The notes under the pieces are model-generated. The model did not search any database, was not told where the DNA came from, and was given only the letters and a program-made list of their open reading frames with translations. The position numbers and the translations under genes are program-made. From Rhizobiaceae bacterium (GTDB lineage: Bacteria > Pseudomonadota > Alphaproteobacteria > Rhizobiales > Rhizobiaceae), in assembly GCA_027483885.1 (NCBI GenBank), contig JAIXTO010000112.1, forward strand, positions 19,870 through 83,869: 64,000 nt of DNA. Direction: 5' to 3'. Below, in pieces: positions 9,246 to 18,062 of this stretch (position 1 is its first letter; every line of letters starts with the position of its first letter).

Positions 9246-10826
9246 ATGGTCGATCAGGGAAAACTCTTTATCGGCGCCAGCCGCAATCCCGATGATACGC
9301 TGGCAAAAGCGGAATATCTCGACCTCAAATTCGCCAATCGCCACGGATTGGTGACGGGTGCGACCGGCACCGGCAAGACGGTGACGCTGCAGGTTCTGGC
9401 CGAAGGGTTTTCAGAGGCCGGCGTGCCGGTGTTCTGCTCCGATATCAAGGGCGACCTTTCCGGCATCGCAGCCCTTGGTGACCCGAAGGATTTTCTGCTG
9501 AAACGCGCCGAGGATATTTCGTTTTCCGACTATGACAACGCCGCCTTTCCGGTGATCTTCTGGGATCTCTACGGCGAAAAGGGTCATCGCGTGCGCTCCA
9601 CTGTGGCCGAGATGGGGCCGCTTCTTCTGGCGCGCCTGATGGATGCCAGCGACGCGCAGGAGGGTGTTCTCAACATCGCCTTCAAAATAGCCGACGAGGG
9701 TGGCCTGCCGCTGATGGATCTGAAGGATCTGCAGGCGCTCCTCTCCTACATGGCCGAACAGGCCTCGGAAATTTCAGGCCGCTTCGGTTTTGTCTCGAAA
9801 GCCTCCATCGGCTCGCTGCAGCGCGGGCTGCTCGTGCTGGAACAGCAGGGCGCCGACCAGTTTTTTGGCGAACCGGCGTTGCAGATCAGCGATATCATGC
9901 GCCTTGCGCCGGATGGGCGCGGCATGGTCTCGGTGCTTGCCGCCGACCGGCTGATGATGAACCCGAGGCTCTACGCCACCTTCCTGCTCTGGCTTTTGTC
10001 GGAACTGTTCGAGGAACTGCCTGAAGTGGGCGACCCGGAAAAACCGCGCCTCGTGTTTTTCTTCGACGAGGCGCATCTCTTGTTTTCCGAGGCGCCAAAG
10101 GTGCTGCTGGAACGGGTGGAACAGGTGGTGCGGCTCATCCGCTCCAAGGGTGTCGGCGTTTATTTCATCACGCAGAACCCGCTCGATGTGCCCGAAACCG
10201 TGCTTGCCCAGCTCGGCAACCGGGTGCAGCACGCACTGCGCGCCTATACGCCGCGCGAGCAGAAGGCGGTCAAAACCGCCGCCGACACGTTTCGCGCCAA
10301 TCCGGATTTTTCCACCGCAGACGTCATCACCACGCTTGGCACCGGCGAGGCGCTGGTCTCGACACTGGAAGCCAAGGGCGCACCCTCCATCGTTGCCCGC
10401 ACGCTGATCCGCCCGCCGTCCGCCCGCATCGGACCCCTGACGGATGCCGAGCGCGCCGCCATTCTGGCGGATAGCCCGGTCGCCGGCCTCTACGACGAAG
10501 ACCTCGACCGTGAATCCGCCTTCGAAATTCTGATGGCGCGGGCGGGAAAGGCGGCCCCGTCCACCAGCGCTCGGCCCGCCACCACAACGGTCCCGAGGGA
10601 TGAGGATACACCAGACAATAACAGCGCCGCCGGCCGCTGGAAACTGCCGGGTTTTGGCACGGAGGGTGAAGAAACCGACGCCGCCCGCCGTGGTCCCCCG
10701 GCCCGCCGCGGTGGATACCAGCGCGAAACGGTTATCGAGGCCGCGATGAAAAGTGCCGCCCGCTCTGTGGCAAGCCAGGTGGGGCGGGCACTGGTGCGCG
10801 GGATTTTGGGGAGTTTGAAACGCTAG
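9246..10826 (+). CDS. HerA/FtsK-like P-loop ATPase, DUF853 (YjgR-like) family
   Basis: Walker A GATGTGKT. Walker B RLVFFFDEAHLLF. C-terminal Arg/Lys-rich tail. Confidence 0.8.
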   Translation: MVDQGKLFIGASRNPDDTLAKAEYLDLKFANRHGLVTGATGTGKTVTLQVLAEGFSEAGVPVFCSDIKGDLSGIAALGDPKDFLLKRAEDISFSDYDNAAFPVIFWDLYGEKGHRVRSTVAEMGPLLLARLMDASDAQEGVLNIAFKIADEGGLPLMDLKDLQALLSYMAEQASEISGRFGFVSKASIGSLQRGLLVLEQQGADQFFGEPALQISDIMRLAPDGRGMVSVLAADRLMMNPRLYATFLLWLLSELFEELPEVGDPEKPRLVFFFDEAHLLFSEAPKVLLERVEQVVRLIRSKGVGVYFITQNPLDVPETVLAQLGNRVQHALRAYTPREQKAVKTAADTFRANPDFSTADVITTLGTGEALVSTLEAKGAPSIVARTLIRPPSARIGPLTDAERAAILADSPVAGLYDEDLDRESAFEILMARAGKAAPSTSARPATTTVPRDEDTPDNNSAAGRWKLPGFGTEGEETDAARRGPPARRGGYQRETVIEAAMKSAARSVASQVGRALVRGILGSLKR

Positions 10827-10879
10827 GCCAGCCTTAACGGCGGGCTGTCAGATACGCGAGATCACTGACCGTATGAAAA

Positions 10880-11518
10880 CTAAGACGGTTGAGTTGCAGC
10901 CATTGAAGGCCGCGATGCCATGCGGGCCCACCATTCCTGCAGGTTTGCGTGCTCGCGGATGAGGTCCGCTCCCTCGGGTGCCATCAGGAAATAGTCGAAC
11001 ATGGGAGCGGCATACAAATCGGCGAGCGTCAGATGCTCGCCAACGAGCCATGGGGCATCTCCCATCAATTGAGACATCGCCATCAAGCAGTTTCGTGCTT
11101 TCGGGAGCGCCGCGACCAACTTTTCCTCGTCTGTGGGAACGCCTCTGCCGGGCTTTGATACCCGCTCCACATAAACTCCCCACACCAGATGAGGATAGGC
11201 ATAGTTGTCAGCAATGCTGATGAGCTGATTGCATCTTGCGCGCTGCAGCGGGTCCAAGGGCTGAAGGTGCGGCCCCTCGAAAGCTTCATCGATATATCGC
11301 GTGATCGCACTGGTCTCATAAAGACTGATGTCTTGATGCTCGAAGGCCGGAATGCGTCCGAACGGGTGTTTTGCCAGGTAGTCGGCGGGAGGGCCACCAG
11401 CTGCAAAAATATCGATCGGAACAAGCTGATGTTCGATGCCTTTCTCGATCAGGCACAGTCGGGCAATCCGGACGTAAACGCTGTAATCTGCTCCGAAGAG
11501 GCGCGGCGGTGCTGTCAT
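10880..11518 (-). CDS. glutathione S-transferase family protein
   Basis: ATG 11518 (MTAPPRLFGADYSVYVRIARL). Thioredoxin-like N-domain with FGRIPAFEH...LYETSAITRYIDE, then a helical C-domain. Confidence 0.8.
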   Translation of the reverse strand: MTAPPRLFGADYSVYVRIARLCLIEKGIEHQLVPIDIFAAGGPPADYLAKHPFGRIPAFEHQDISLYETSAITRYIDEAFEGPHLQPLDPLQRARCNQLISIADNYAYPHLVWGVYVERVSKPGRGVPTDEEKLVAALPKARNCLMAMSQLMGDAPWLVGEHLTLADLYAAPMFDYFLMAPEGADLIREHANLQEWWARMASRPSMAATQPS

Positions 11519-11627
11519 TTGCTCACCTTCGTGTCGTTGCGAATGCCTTGGGATCCAAGGCAAGCCGCATCCATGATCGTTCATGCCAAGGCAGCTCAGA
11601 CATCACCCCCGCCCCAAATTCTACGCT

Positions 11628-11930
11628 TTACCGCTTGCGCACGAATTCCGTGCGCAGCACGAGGCCCTTGATGGCGTCGTGGCGGCAGTCGATTTCTTCG
11701 GGGTTGTCGGTAAGCCGGATCGACTTGATCACCGTGCCCTGCTTCAGCGTCTGGCCGGCACCCTTGACCTTCAGGTCCTTGATGAGGGTAACGCTGTCGC
11801 CGTTCTGCAGCACGGTTCCGGCGGAATCGACCACTTCGGCAGCCTTGGCTGCTGCTGCGGCAAGTTCCGAGGCCGGGCGCCATTCGCCGGTTGCTTCGTC
11901 ATAGATGTAGTCGTCGTCATCGCCAGCCAT
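11628..11930 (-). CDS. PhnA/YjdM C-terminal-domain protein (no N-terminal zinc ribbon)
   Basis: VLQNGDSVTLIKDLKVKGAGQTLKQGTVIKSIRL...IDCRHDAIKGLVLRTEFVRK matches the PhnA domain. The N-terminus is acidic and Cys-free. AGGGAG RBS. Confidence 0.75.
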   Translation of the reverse strand: MAGDDDDYIYDEATGEWRPASELAAAAAKAAEVVDSAGTVLQNGDSVTLIKDLKVKGAGQTLKQGTVIKSIRLTDNPEEIDCRHDAIKGLVLRTEFVRKR

Positions 11931-12102
11931 AGCCGCGTGCTCCCTGATCGCTTGTGCGGAAAAATCGGATAAGCGGGCTTAAGCGCCTGAAGGGCAGAAG
12001 TCAAAGCGGGCCTTTTGGGACGGGCCGGCAAGGACCGACGCATGACATGGGGTTTCGGGCTCTGCGGAAAAAAATCAGAGGCAGGGGAAGGCCAGCCGCC
12101 GG

Positions 12103-12555
12103 TTACTCCTGCGATCCCGTCAGCAGAAAATGCGCCCCGGCGCCCTTGTCCGCCAGCCGGTCATTGTCGTTGCGCAAGGGGCATTGATCGAGCGACAGGC
12201 AGCCGCAGCCGATACAGCCGGCAAGGTCGTCGCGCAGGCGGGTCAACTGGTCGATGCGGGCGCTCAGCGCCTGATGCCAGCTGGCCGAGAGGATCTGCCA
12301 GTCGCGGGCCGTCGGCGTGCGGGCTTGCGGAAGCATTGCAAAGGCTGCTGAAATATCCTTCAGCGTCAGGCCGGCCGCCTGCGCCACGCGGATAATGGCA
12401 ATACGCCGCAGCGTGTCGCGGCCATAACGCCGATGGCCGGCAGCGGTTCGGGCGGCGCGGATCAGGCCTTCCGCCTCGTAAAAATGCAGCGCCGAAACGG
12501 CAACGCCGCTGCGCCGCGCAATCTCGCCCACCGACATCTCCCGTGATAGCGTCAT
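12103..12555 (-). CDS. soxR: redox-sensing MerR-family activator SoxR
   Basis: ATG 12555 (MTLSREMSVGEIARRSGV). MerR HTH. [2Fe-2S] ligand motif CIGCGCLSLDQCPLRN near the C-terminus. Confidence 0.9.
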   Translation of the reverse strand: MTLSREMSVGEIARRSGVAVSALHFYEAEGLIRAARTAAGHRRYGRDTLRRIAIIRVAQAAGLTLKDISAAFAMLPQARTPTARDWQILSASWHQALSARIDQLTRLRDDLAGCIGCGCLSLDQCPLRNDNDRLADKGAGAHFLLTGSQE

Positions 12556-12571
12556 GGCGGCGTTTCCTCTC

Positions 12572-12602
12572 TTGACCTCAACTGCACTTGAGGTCTTACA
12601 GG
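12572..12602 (+). promoter_or_regulatory. SoxR-box promoter driving the divergent MFS gene
   Basis: -35 TTGACC (12572-77). Palindrome ACCTCAA-ctgcac-TTGAGGT (12575-94) lies in a 19-nt spacer. Weak -10 TACAGG (12597-602). The layout mirrors the E. coli soxS promoter. Confidence 0.75.
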
Positions 12603-12641
12603 CTTTGTCCGACACGTAAACCGAAAAGGATCGGACAGGGC

Positions 12642-14099
12642 ATGCAACAGGCATCAGGTGAGGGTAACGCCGACGGATTGGACCCGTTGGACCCGGGCGT
12701 TCCGGGTAAAGGGGAGGGTGCCGCAAGGCGTGCCGTGCCCTCGGGGGGCGGGACTGCCAAGAAAGGGCTTGCCAAGAAAGCGGCGATGAACGAGGTCGAA
12801 GCCGAGGGGCCGGTGGCCGGCTGGCGCGCACTTCTGGCAGCCCCTTATGGAATGCGTCTTGCGGCGCTTTCGGTAGGCATCGGCCTCCATGCCTTCAACG
12901 AGGTGGCAATCGCCCCGGTTCTGCCGCTCGCGCTGGAAGGGCTGAACGGTGTCGTTCTCCTGCCTTACGTCTATGCGGTGTTTTTTACCCTGGTGATTGC
13001 CGGCGGACTTTCCGCCTCGCCGCTGCGGCGCCGCTTCGGTGCCATGCGCGGGCTGATGCTGGCGGGCGTGCTCTATTGCGTCGGCATTCTGGCGCAGGTT
13101 CTGGCGCCCAATGCCGGGCTGCTCATCCTCGGGCGGGCGCTGCAGGGGCTGGCGGATGGCTGGATCGTGGCGCTCTGCTACAGCCTGATCAGCGATCTTT
13201 TTCCAAAACATCTGGTGCCAAAGGTGTTTGCCGTGGAGGCCATGGTCTGGGCGGTGGCAGCGGTGCTCGGGCCGTTTGCCGGCGGGCTGACGGTGGAATT
13301 TTTTGGCTGGCGCGCAGCCCTTGCCGTCAGCCTGCCCTGCCTCGTGCTGTTCTTTCTTGTTCTGCCACAGGCGCTGCGGCAGGAGGCGGGCGAAGCTTCG
13401 GCGGCACCTGCCACGACGCAGGCAAAGGCATCGAGGACCGGCAGACGTTCGTTCCGGCTCTTGCCGCCGAAATTCTTTTCGGTTTCCTCAACCGTCGGGC
13501 GCGGCAGCTGGCTGCTGTTTCTGATGACGGCGGCGCAAAGCGTGTCCACCGTCTTCCTCGCCTATAGCCTGCATCATATCATCGGTCTTGCGCCGGTTCG
13601 CGTCGGCCTGGTGCTGATCACGCTGTCGCTCACCTGGAGTGTGGTGGCCATTCCCGTCGGCAGCGTGGAGAAGGAGGCGTGGCGCGAAAAGATCCTGCGG
13701 GTCGGACCGCTCTTGCAGCTCGCGGGTGTCGCCTGTGTCGGAACAGGTCTTTATCAGACCGTCCTGCCGCTGGTGCTTGCGGGCCAGATGCTGAACGGGG
13801 CAGCCTTTGCCATGGTGTTTGCCAGCACCAGCCAGGCCGTCATCGAGGATGCCGCCCCCGAACACCGCATGAGGACGGCCTCGCTTCTGCCCTCGCTTGA
13901 AACGAGCGGTTATGTGATGGGCGGCAGCGTCATGGCCGGCCTCAGCAGCGGTTTTGCCATTCCCCAGCGGCTGGCCGGGTCAGGCCCGCATCCGGATGTG
14001 CTGCTGCTCTGGGGTGGCGCCGGCTGCCTGTCGCTTCTGGCGTTTCTTGCGGCGCGCGGGGTGCGGCTGAAGCCCACGCGAGCGGTGATGGACGGCTGA
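12642..14099 (+). CDS. MFS transporter (probable SoxR-controlled efflux pump)
   Basis: 12-14 predicted TM helices. ATG 12642 is downstream of the SoxR box. The N-terminal ~70 aa are hydrophilic, so the true start could be later (MNEVEAEG). Confidence 0.8.
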   Translation: MQQASGEGNADGLDPLDPGVPGKGEGAARRAVPSGGGTAKKGLAKKAAMNEVEAEGPVAGWRALLAAPYGMRLAALSVGIGLHAFNEVAIAPVLPLALEGLNGVVLLPYVYAVFFTLVIAGGLSASPLRRRFGAMRGLMLAGVLYCVGILAQVLAPNAGLLILGRALQGLADGWIVALCYSLISDLFPKHLVPKVFAVEAMVWAVAAVLGPFAGGLTVEFFGWRAALAVSLPCLVLFFLVLPQALRQEAGEASAAPATTQAKASRTGRRSFRLLPPKFFSVSSTVGRGSWLLFLMTAAQSVSTVFLAYSLHHIIGLAPVRVGLVLITLSLTWSVVAIPVGSVEKEAWREKILRVGPLLQLAGVACVGTGLYQTVLPLVLAGQMLNGAAFAMVFASTSQAVIEDAAPEHRMRTASLLPSLETSGYVMGGSVMAGLSSGFAIPQRLAGSGPHPDVLLLWGGAGCLSLLAFLAARGVRLKPTRAVMDG

Positions 14100-14131
14100 A
14101 GGTCTTCAGCCGCCACCTTTTACCAAAACCA

Positions 14132-14938
14132 TCAGGCGGCGGTGGAGACCAGCGAAAAATAGGCGCCCTGCGGATCCTGCGCGTTGACGATGACGCTGCC
14201 GCCGGGCACCGGCATCGGGCCATTGATCACCGTGCCGCCGCCTTCCACGATGGCGTCAACGGCCGGCGTCATGGCGGCAACATTGATGTAATAGGCCCAG
14301 CAGGCGACGGGCACCTGCGGCGGCCTTGTCATCATGCCGCCGATTGGCGCGCCGTGATGGGCAAAGATGAGGTATTGCCCCATCGCGCCCATATCCATGG
14401 CATGGTCCAGCGTCCAGCCGAACATCTTGCCGTAGAAGGCGAGCGCCTGATCCCCGTCATTGGCAAACAGTTCATACCAGCCGATGCTGCCGGGGGCGCC
14501 CGGTGGCGGCTCGGGCTGTGCATTGTCCATCGGTGCCGGCGTCATCAGGCAAAGAACGGCGCCATGCGGATCGGCCACCACGGAAAAACGGCCGATATCA
14601 GGGATGTCTTGCGGCGCGCGCAGGATGGCGCCGCCTTCTTCGGCAAAACGCTGCGTCATCGCATCGACGTCATCCACGGCCACATAACCCGTCCAGTTCG
14701 GCGGCACCTGGCCTTTCATCTCGGCTGGAATATCCATCATGCCGGCCACGCCGCAGGGTTCTGCGCCCGCATTCGTGTTGAAGATGTGGTAGCGCACCTC
14801 ATCCGGTCCGGGCGGATCCGACATCGGCATCTCCACCACCGTCCAGCCGGTGACCGTCGCATAAAAACGTGCGGCGGCCTCGGTGTTGCTGGTCATCAGC
14901 TCGCACCAGATGAATTTCCCATGGGTTTTGGAGGGCAT
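14132..14938 (-). CDS. VOC (glyoxalase/bleomycin-resistance fold) family protein, two tandem domains
   Basis: ATG 14938 (MPSKTHGKFIWCELMTSN) with AAGGA RBS. Duplicated GWTV...AVL/GGM motifs typical of two-domain VOC proteins. Confidence 0.75.
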   Translation of the reverse strand: MPSKTHGKFIWCELMTSNTEAAARFYATVTGWTVVEMPMSDPPGPDEVRYHIFNTNAGAEPCGVAGMMDIPAEMKGQVPPNWTGYVAVDDVDAMTQRFAEEGGAILRAPQDIPDIGRFSVVADPHGAVLCLMTPAPMDNAQPEPPPGAPGSIGWYELFANDGDQALAFYGKMFGWTLDHAMDMGAMGQYLIFAHHGAPIGGMMTRPPQVPVACWAYYINVAAMTPAVDAIVEGGGTVINGPMPVPGGSVIVNAQDPQGAYFSLVSTAA

Positions 14939-14955
14939 GACAATTCCTTTTCGGG

Positions 14956-15693
14956 TCACTGGCAGCAGCTGGCCGGGGGGATGAACACGGGAGCCGTTTC
15001 GTATTCGTCGTGGCGCTTGACGAAATTCATCGTCGCGCTTTCGTTGCGACCCAGCGGCGCCTGGTCGAGGATCATCAGCGTGCCGATCCCTTCTTCGCCA
15101 CCGCGCGCATAACTCGAATAGGTGTGAAAGATCTCGCCTTTGCCATTGCGGTAGAAGCTGGAACTGCCGGGCAGTTCGTCATGCGCCTTGGCGCTCGGCG
15201 TTTCCCGGTAATTGTAGGTGACGGAGCCGCTGGCCAACTGTTCCTTTGTGAACGACACGCCGAAATCGAAGTTGAAATCGCTGCCGAAGGACGAGACCCA
15301 GGGGAATTGCCAGCCCATGCGGCGCTTGTAGGCCTCGATCTTGGCAAGCGGGGCGCGCGAGGCGCAGGTCAGCGTCACGTCGTGGTGGTTGAGATGCACC
15401 AGCGTGCCATCCAGATGATCGGCAAAGAAGGAGCAGCCGGTGCAGCCGGCATCCCAGTCGGGACCGAGCATGAAATGATAGACGATCAGCTGGCTGCGGC
15501 CGTCAAACAGGTCACCGAGCGATTTTGGGCCCGTGGGCGTATCGAACCGGTAGTCCTTGTCGATCTTCACCCAGGGCAGCGCCAGGCGTTCGCGGTTGAT
15601 GGTGTCGCGAAACCGCGTGACTTCCTTTTCCCGCACCAGAAGCGCCTTTCGCGCTTCCAGCCATTCTTCCTTCGAGACTACGGCATGCTCCAT
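14956..15693 (-). CDS. DUF899 thioredoxin-like family protein
   Basis: MEHAVVSKEEWLEARKALLVREKEVTRFRD...LIVYHFMLGPDWDAGCTGCSFFADH is the DUF899 signature. GGGAGG RBS. Its stop lies 17 bp upstream of the VOC gene start (operon). Confidence 0.8.
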   Translation of the reverse strand: MEHAVVSKEEWLEARKALLVREKEVTRFRDTINRERLALPWVKIDKDYRFDTPTGPKSLGDLFDGRSQLIVYHFMLGPDWDAGCTGCSFFADHLDGTLVHLNHHDVTLTCASRAPLAKIEAYKRRMGWQFPWVSSFGSDFNFDFGVSFTKEQLASGSVTYNYRETPSAKAHDELPGSSSFYRNGKGEIFHTYSSYARGGEEGIGTLMILDQAPLGRNESATMNFVKRHDEYETAPVFIPPASCCQ

Positions 15694-15725
15694 ATCGCCC
15701 TCCCGGCAATGATGTGTGGCTCGTC

Positions 15726-15754
15726 TTGACATTTAGGTTGATATCAACATAAAT
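15726..15754 (+). promoter_or_regulatory. near-consensus sigma70-type promoter with embedded 12-bp palindrome (candidate MarR operator)
   Basis: TTGACA (15726-31), 17-nt spacer, ATAAAT (15749-54). Perfect palindrome GTTGATATCAAC (15737-48) sits in the spacer, 12 nt before the marR ATG. Confidence 0.55.
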
Positions 15755-15759
15755 CACTC

Positions 15760-16206
15760 ATGTCAAACCCTGCAGTGATTCCTTTTTCGACAACCCTTCA
15801 TGTTCGCGACACCTGCCTTTGCCTGCATGTGCAGCGCGCCGCGCGCGCGCTGGCGCGCAAATTCGATGCAGCGCTTCGCCCGCTTGGGCTGACGAATGGC
15901 CAGTTTTCGCTGATGATGTCGCTCAACCGGCCGCAGCCGGCGCCGATGGGCGGGGTCGCGACCCTGCTCGACATGGACCGTACGACGCTGACGGCAGCGC
16001 TGAAGCCGCTGCAACGGCGCGGTCTGATCGAGGTGATCGCCGACCCCAAGGACGCCCGCAGCCGGCTTTTGAAATTGACGCCGGAGGGCATTTCGCTGCT
16101 TGCCGCCGCCGTGCCGATCTGGACCTCAACGCATGGCGAAGTGGATGAAGGGCTTGGCGAAGGCGGCCCGCAGCGGCTGCGCGCCGATCTTGCAAAGATC
16201 CGGTGA
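15760..16206 (+). CDS. MarR family transcriptional regulator
   Basis: Winged-HTH core LGLTNGQFSLMMSL...DMDRTTLTAALKPLQRRGLIEVIADPKDARSRLLKLTPEG. Divergent from the DUF899-VOC operon. Confidence 0.85.
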   Translation: MSNPAVIPFSTTLHVRDTCLCLHVQRAARALARKFDAALRPLGLTNGQFSLMMSLNRPQPAPMGGVATLLDMDRTTLTAALKPLQRRGLIEVIADPKDARSRLLKLTPEGISLLAAAVPIWTSTHGEVDEGLGEGGPQRLRADLAKIR

Positions 16207-16212
16207 GCGGCG

Positions 16213-16974
16213 TCAGGCAAAGCGGGCGGCGATGCGCGGATCACCGCGAAAATCGGTGAGATCAAAACCAAACCGCTGGCGCGGAAAATCGCAGAGCGCC
16301 TGCACATGGCCGGCCGACAGATGCAGGCGCACGGCCAGCCGCTCCACCGGTTCGCGGGCGCCAAAGCCGCTCGGCTCCAGAAGCGCGAGGTTCTGGCCGC
16401 CTTTGGGATCGCGCACCGAGCGGTAGAGAATGGCGTCCAGCCCGGCGGCGCGCGCGACATCGGCAAACGCCTGGCAGGCGGTATAATCGGTCGGGTGCTC
16501 GAAGGTTTTTGCATCTGCCGAAAGCGGCGGCAGCGTGAGGTCGATGCCGTTTTCCGTGTTGATGCGGGCCGCGAACGCCGTGTAGTCGCTGGCATTGGCC
16601 GGCAGCGGCGTTGCCGGAGATTCGGCGTAAAACAGCATCCGGTAAAAGGCCATTTCCGCCACCGCCGTCTGAAGCGTGGCGGCGGCGTAAAACACGCCCA
16701 AGGTTTTTCCGGCGCGGCGAAAGCGCGAACCGGTCGGATAAGGCGCACCGTAACGGAAAGGCGTTGCCAGCAGATAATCAAGCCCGCGCGCGTCTGGCGG
16801 GAAGGCCGGCTTGGTGTCCTCCAGCAGGTCTTCAAGGCGCGATTGCTCGTCGGCGGTATCGACAAGCTTCATCGTCGACACCTGATGCTGGGCTTCGACC
16901 AGGCGCCAGAACTGTCCGTGGATACCGGTCTTTTCAGACGAGAGCGCGTCGGGCGTCCAGATAGGCGAGAGCAT
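16213..16974 (-). CDS. RES-domain toxin (RES family NAD+ phosphorylase type)
   Basis: R-E-S residues in GSRFRRAG, AVAEMAFY and ILYRSVRDP. N-terminal WRLVEAQHQVSTMKLVD...EQSRLEDLLE region typical of the Xre-RES subfamily. Confidence 0.85.
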   Translation of the reverse strand: MLSPIWTPDALSSEKTGIHGQFWRLVEAQHQVSTMKLVDTADEQSRLEDLLEDTKPAFPPDARGLDYLLATPFRYGAPYPTGSRFRRAGKTLGVFYAAATLQTAVAEMAFYRMLFYAESPATPLPANASDYTAFAARINTENGIDLTLPPLSADAKTFEHPTDYTACQAFADVARAAGLDAILYRSVRDPKGGQNLALLEPSGFGAREPVERLAVRLHLSAGHVQALCDFPRQRFGFDLTDFRGDPRIAARFA

Positions 16975-17338
16975 CGATCAGCCCTGATATGGTGAGGATC
17001 TTGTCGGCGGGCACGCCATCGAGCGCCGTGTTGTGGTTTGACATCCAGGCGCGTGCGGTCGCCTCGTCGCCACCGGTGACAGCATCCAGCGACCGGAACA
17101 GGCGGATGAACAGAAGCGCCAGTTCGAACGCCTTGTCGGTCGGTTGCAGCGCAAGATCCTGCCGTTTCAGCCGCGAAATCGAGGCTTCCGACAGGCCAAG
17201 AATGGCACCGAGACGCCGACCGTTGAGGCCGAGACGCTCTGCCGCGCGCACCGCAGCCTTGCCGACAACGGCTGAATCTGCCGGGGATGTCTGGCGAACG
17301 GGGGCCTCCGGTTCGCGTATCAGGCTGTGGTTCTGCAT
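16934..17338 (-). CDS. Xre-like antitoxin with DUF2384 (MbcA/ParS-type) toxin-binding domain
   Basis: ATG 17338 (MQNHSLIREPE). HTH-like LGLSEASISRLKR. C-terminal ARAWMSNHNTALDGVPADKILTISGLIDALAYLD. Overlaps the RES start by 41 nt. Confidence 0.8.
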   Translation of the reverse strand: MQNHSLIREPEAPVRQTSPADSAVVGKAAVRAAERLGLNGRRLGAILGLSEASISRLKRQDLALQPTDKAFELALLFIRLFRSLDAVTGGDEATARAWMSNHNTALDGVPADKILTISGLIDALAYLDARRALV

Positions 17339-17439
17339 GGGCCACCTTCTTTCCTCAGAAAGACTATAGTGCAAAAACCCCAAAATGCAAGAAAGGGCCG
17401 CGCGGACGCGACCCTTCCCACCATCAGATCAAACTTTGA

Positions 17440-17862
17440 TCAGGCAGCCGAGACCGGCACTTCCGTCGAGGTGCGCATGGCGTGGCTGTAGGGGCATACG
17501 ATATGGGCCTTGGCGATCAGGTCTTCGGCCTGCGCCTTGTCCATGCCGGGAATGTCGACGACGAGCGACACTTCGATGCCAAAACCGGTGCCGTCTTCGC
17601 GCGGGCCGATGCCAACAGAAGCGGTGACCTTGGTGTCTTCCGGAACCTTCACCTTTTCCTTGCCGGCAACGTTCTTCAGCGCGCCGAGGAAGCAGGCGGA
17701 ATAACCGGCGGCAAACAGCTGCTCGGGGTTGGTGCCGGTGGCGCCATCGCCGCCGAGTTCCTTCGGAACCGTCAGCGTCACATCCAGCACGCCGTTTTCG
17801 GATACGGCGCGGCCGGCGCGGCCACCGGTTGCAGATGCCTTGGTCGTGTAGAGGATAGCCAT
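17440..17862 (-). CDS. ohr: organic hydroperoxide resistance protein Ohr (OsmC/Ohr family)
   Basis: MAILYTTKASATGGRAGR...NPEQLFAAGYSACFLGAL...AHIVCPYSHA, with the two conserved Cys. Confidence 0.92.
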   Translation of the reverse strand: MAILYTTKASATGGRAGRAVSENGVLDVTLTVPKELGGDGATGTNPEQLFAAGYSACFLGALKNVAGKEKVKVPEDTKVTASVGIGPREDGTGFGIEVSLVVDIPGMDKAQAEDLIAKAHIVCPYSHAMRTSTEVPVSAA

Positions 17863-17920
17863 GATCGTCTCCTTGGTTGGTGTCAGGGTTACCCTGACGT
17901 CGAGTTTGTTTGTTGTGTGT

Positions 17921-17954
17921 AATTGAATTGCGCACAATATAATTATGCGCATTG
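17921..17954. promoter_or_regulatory. AT-rich inverted repeats in the ohr-ohrR divergent region (candidate OhrR operator)
   Basis: AATTGAATTGCGCACAATATAATTATGCGCATTG contains AATTgAATT and AAT(T)GCGCA...TGCGCATT inverted repeats. This resembles AT-rich OhrR boxes. Confidence 0.55.
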
Positions 17955-18062
17955 AAGTCCCGCGTCAAGCCTGCGACAATAGGAAAGTTAGGGCAGGGCG
18001 CGGCAATGTCAGGGGTGCCGCCCGATAAAGGCCGGAAAAACGCGGAAAGGCATGACGGAAAC

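Noticed and set aside
15798-16865. 355-aa minus-strand ORF overlapping marR and the RES toxin in another frame
   Set aside because: Its Arg/Pro/Ser-rich composition is that of an out-of-frame shadow ORF. The annotated frames have family-specific motifs.
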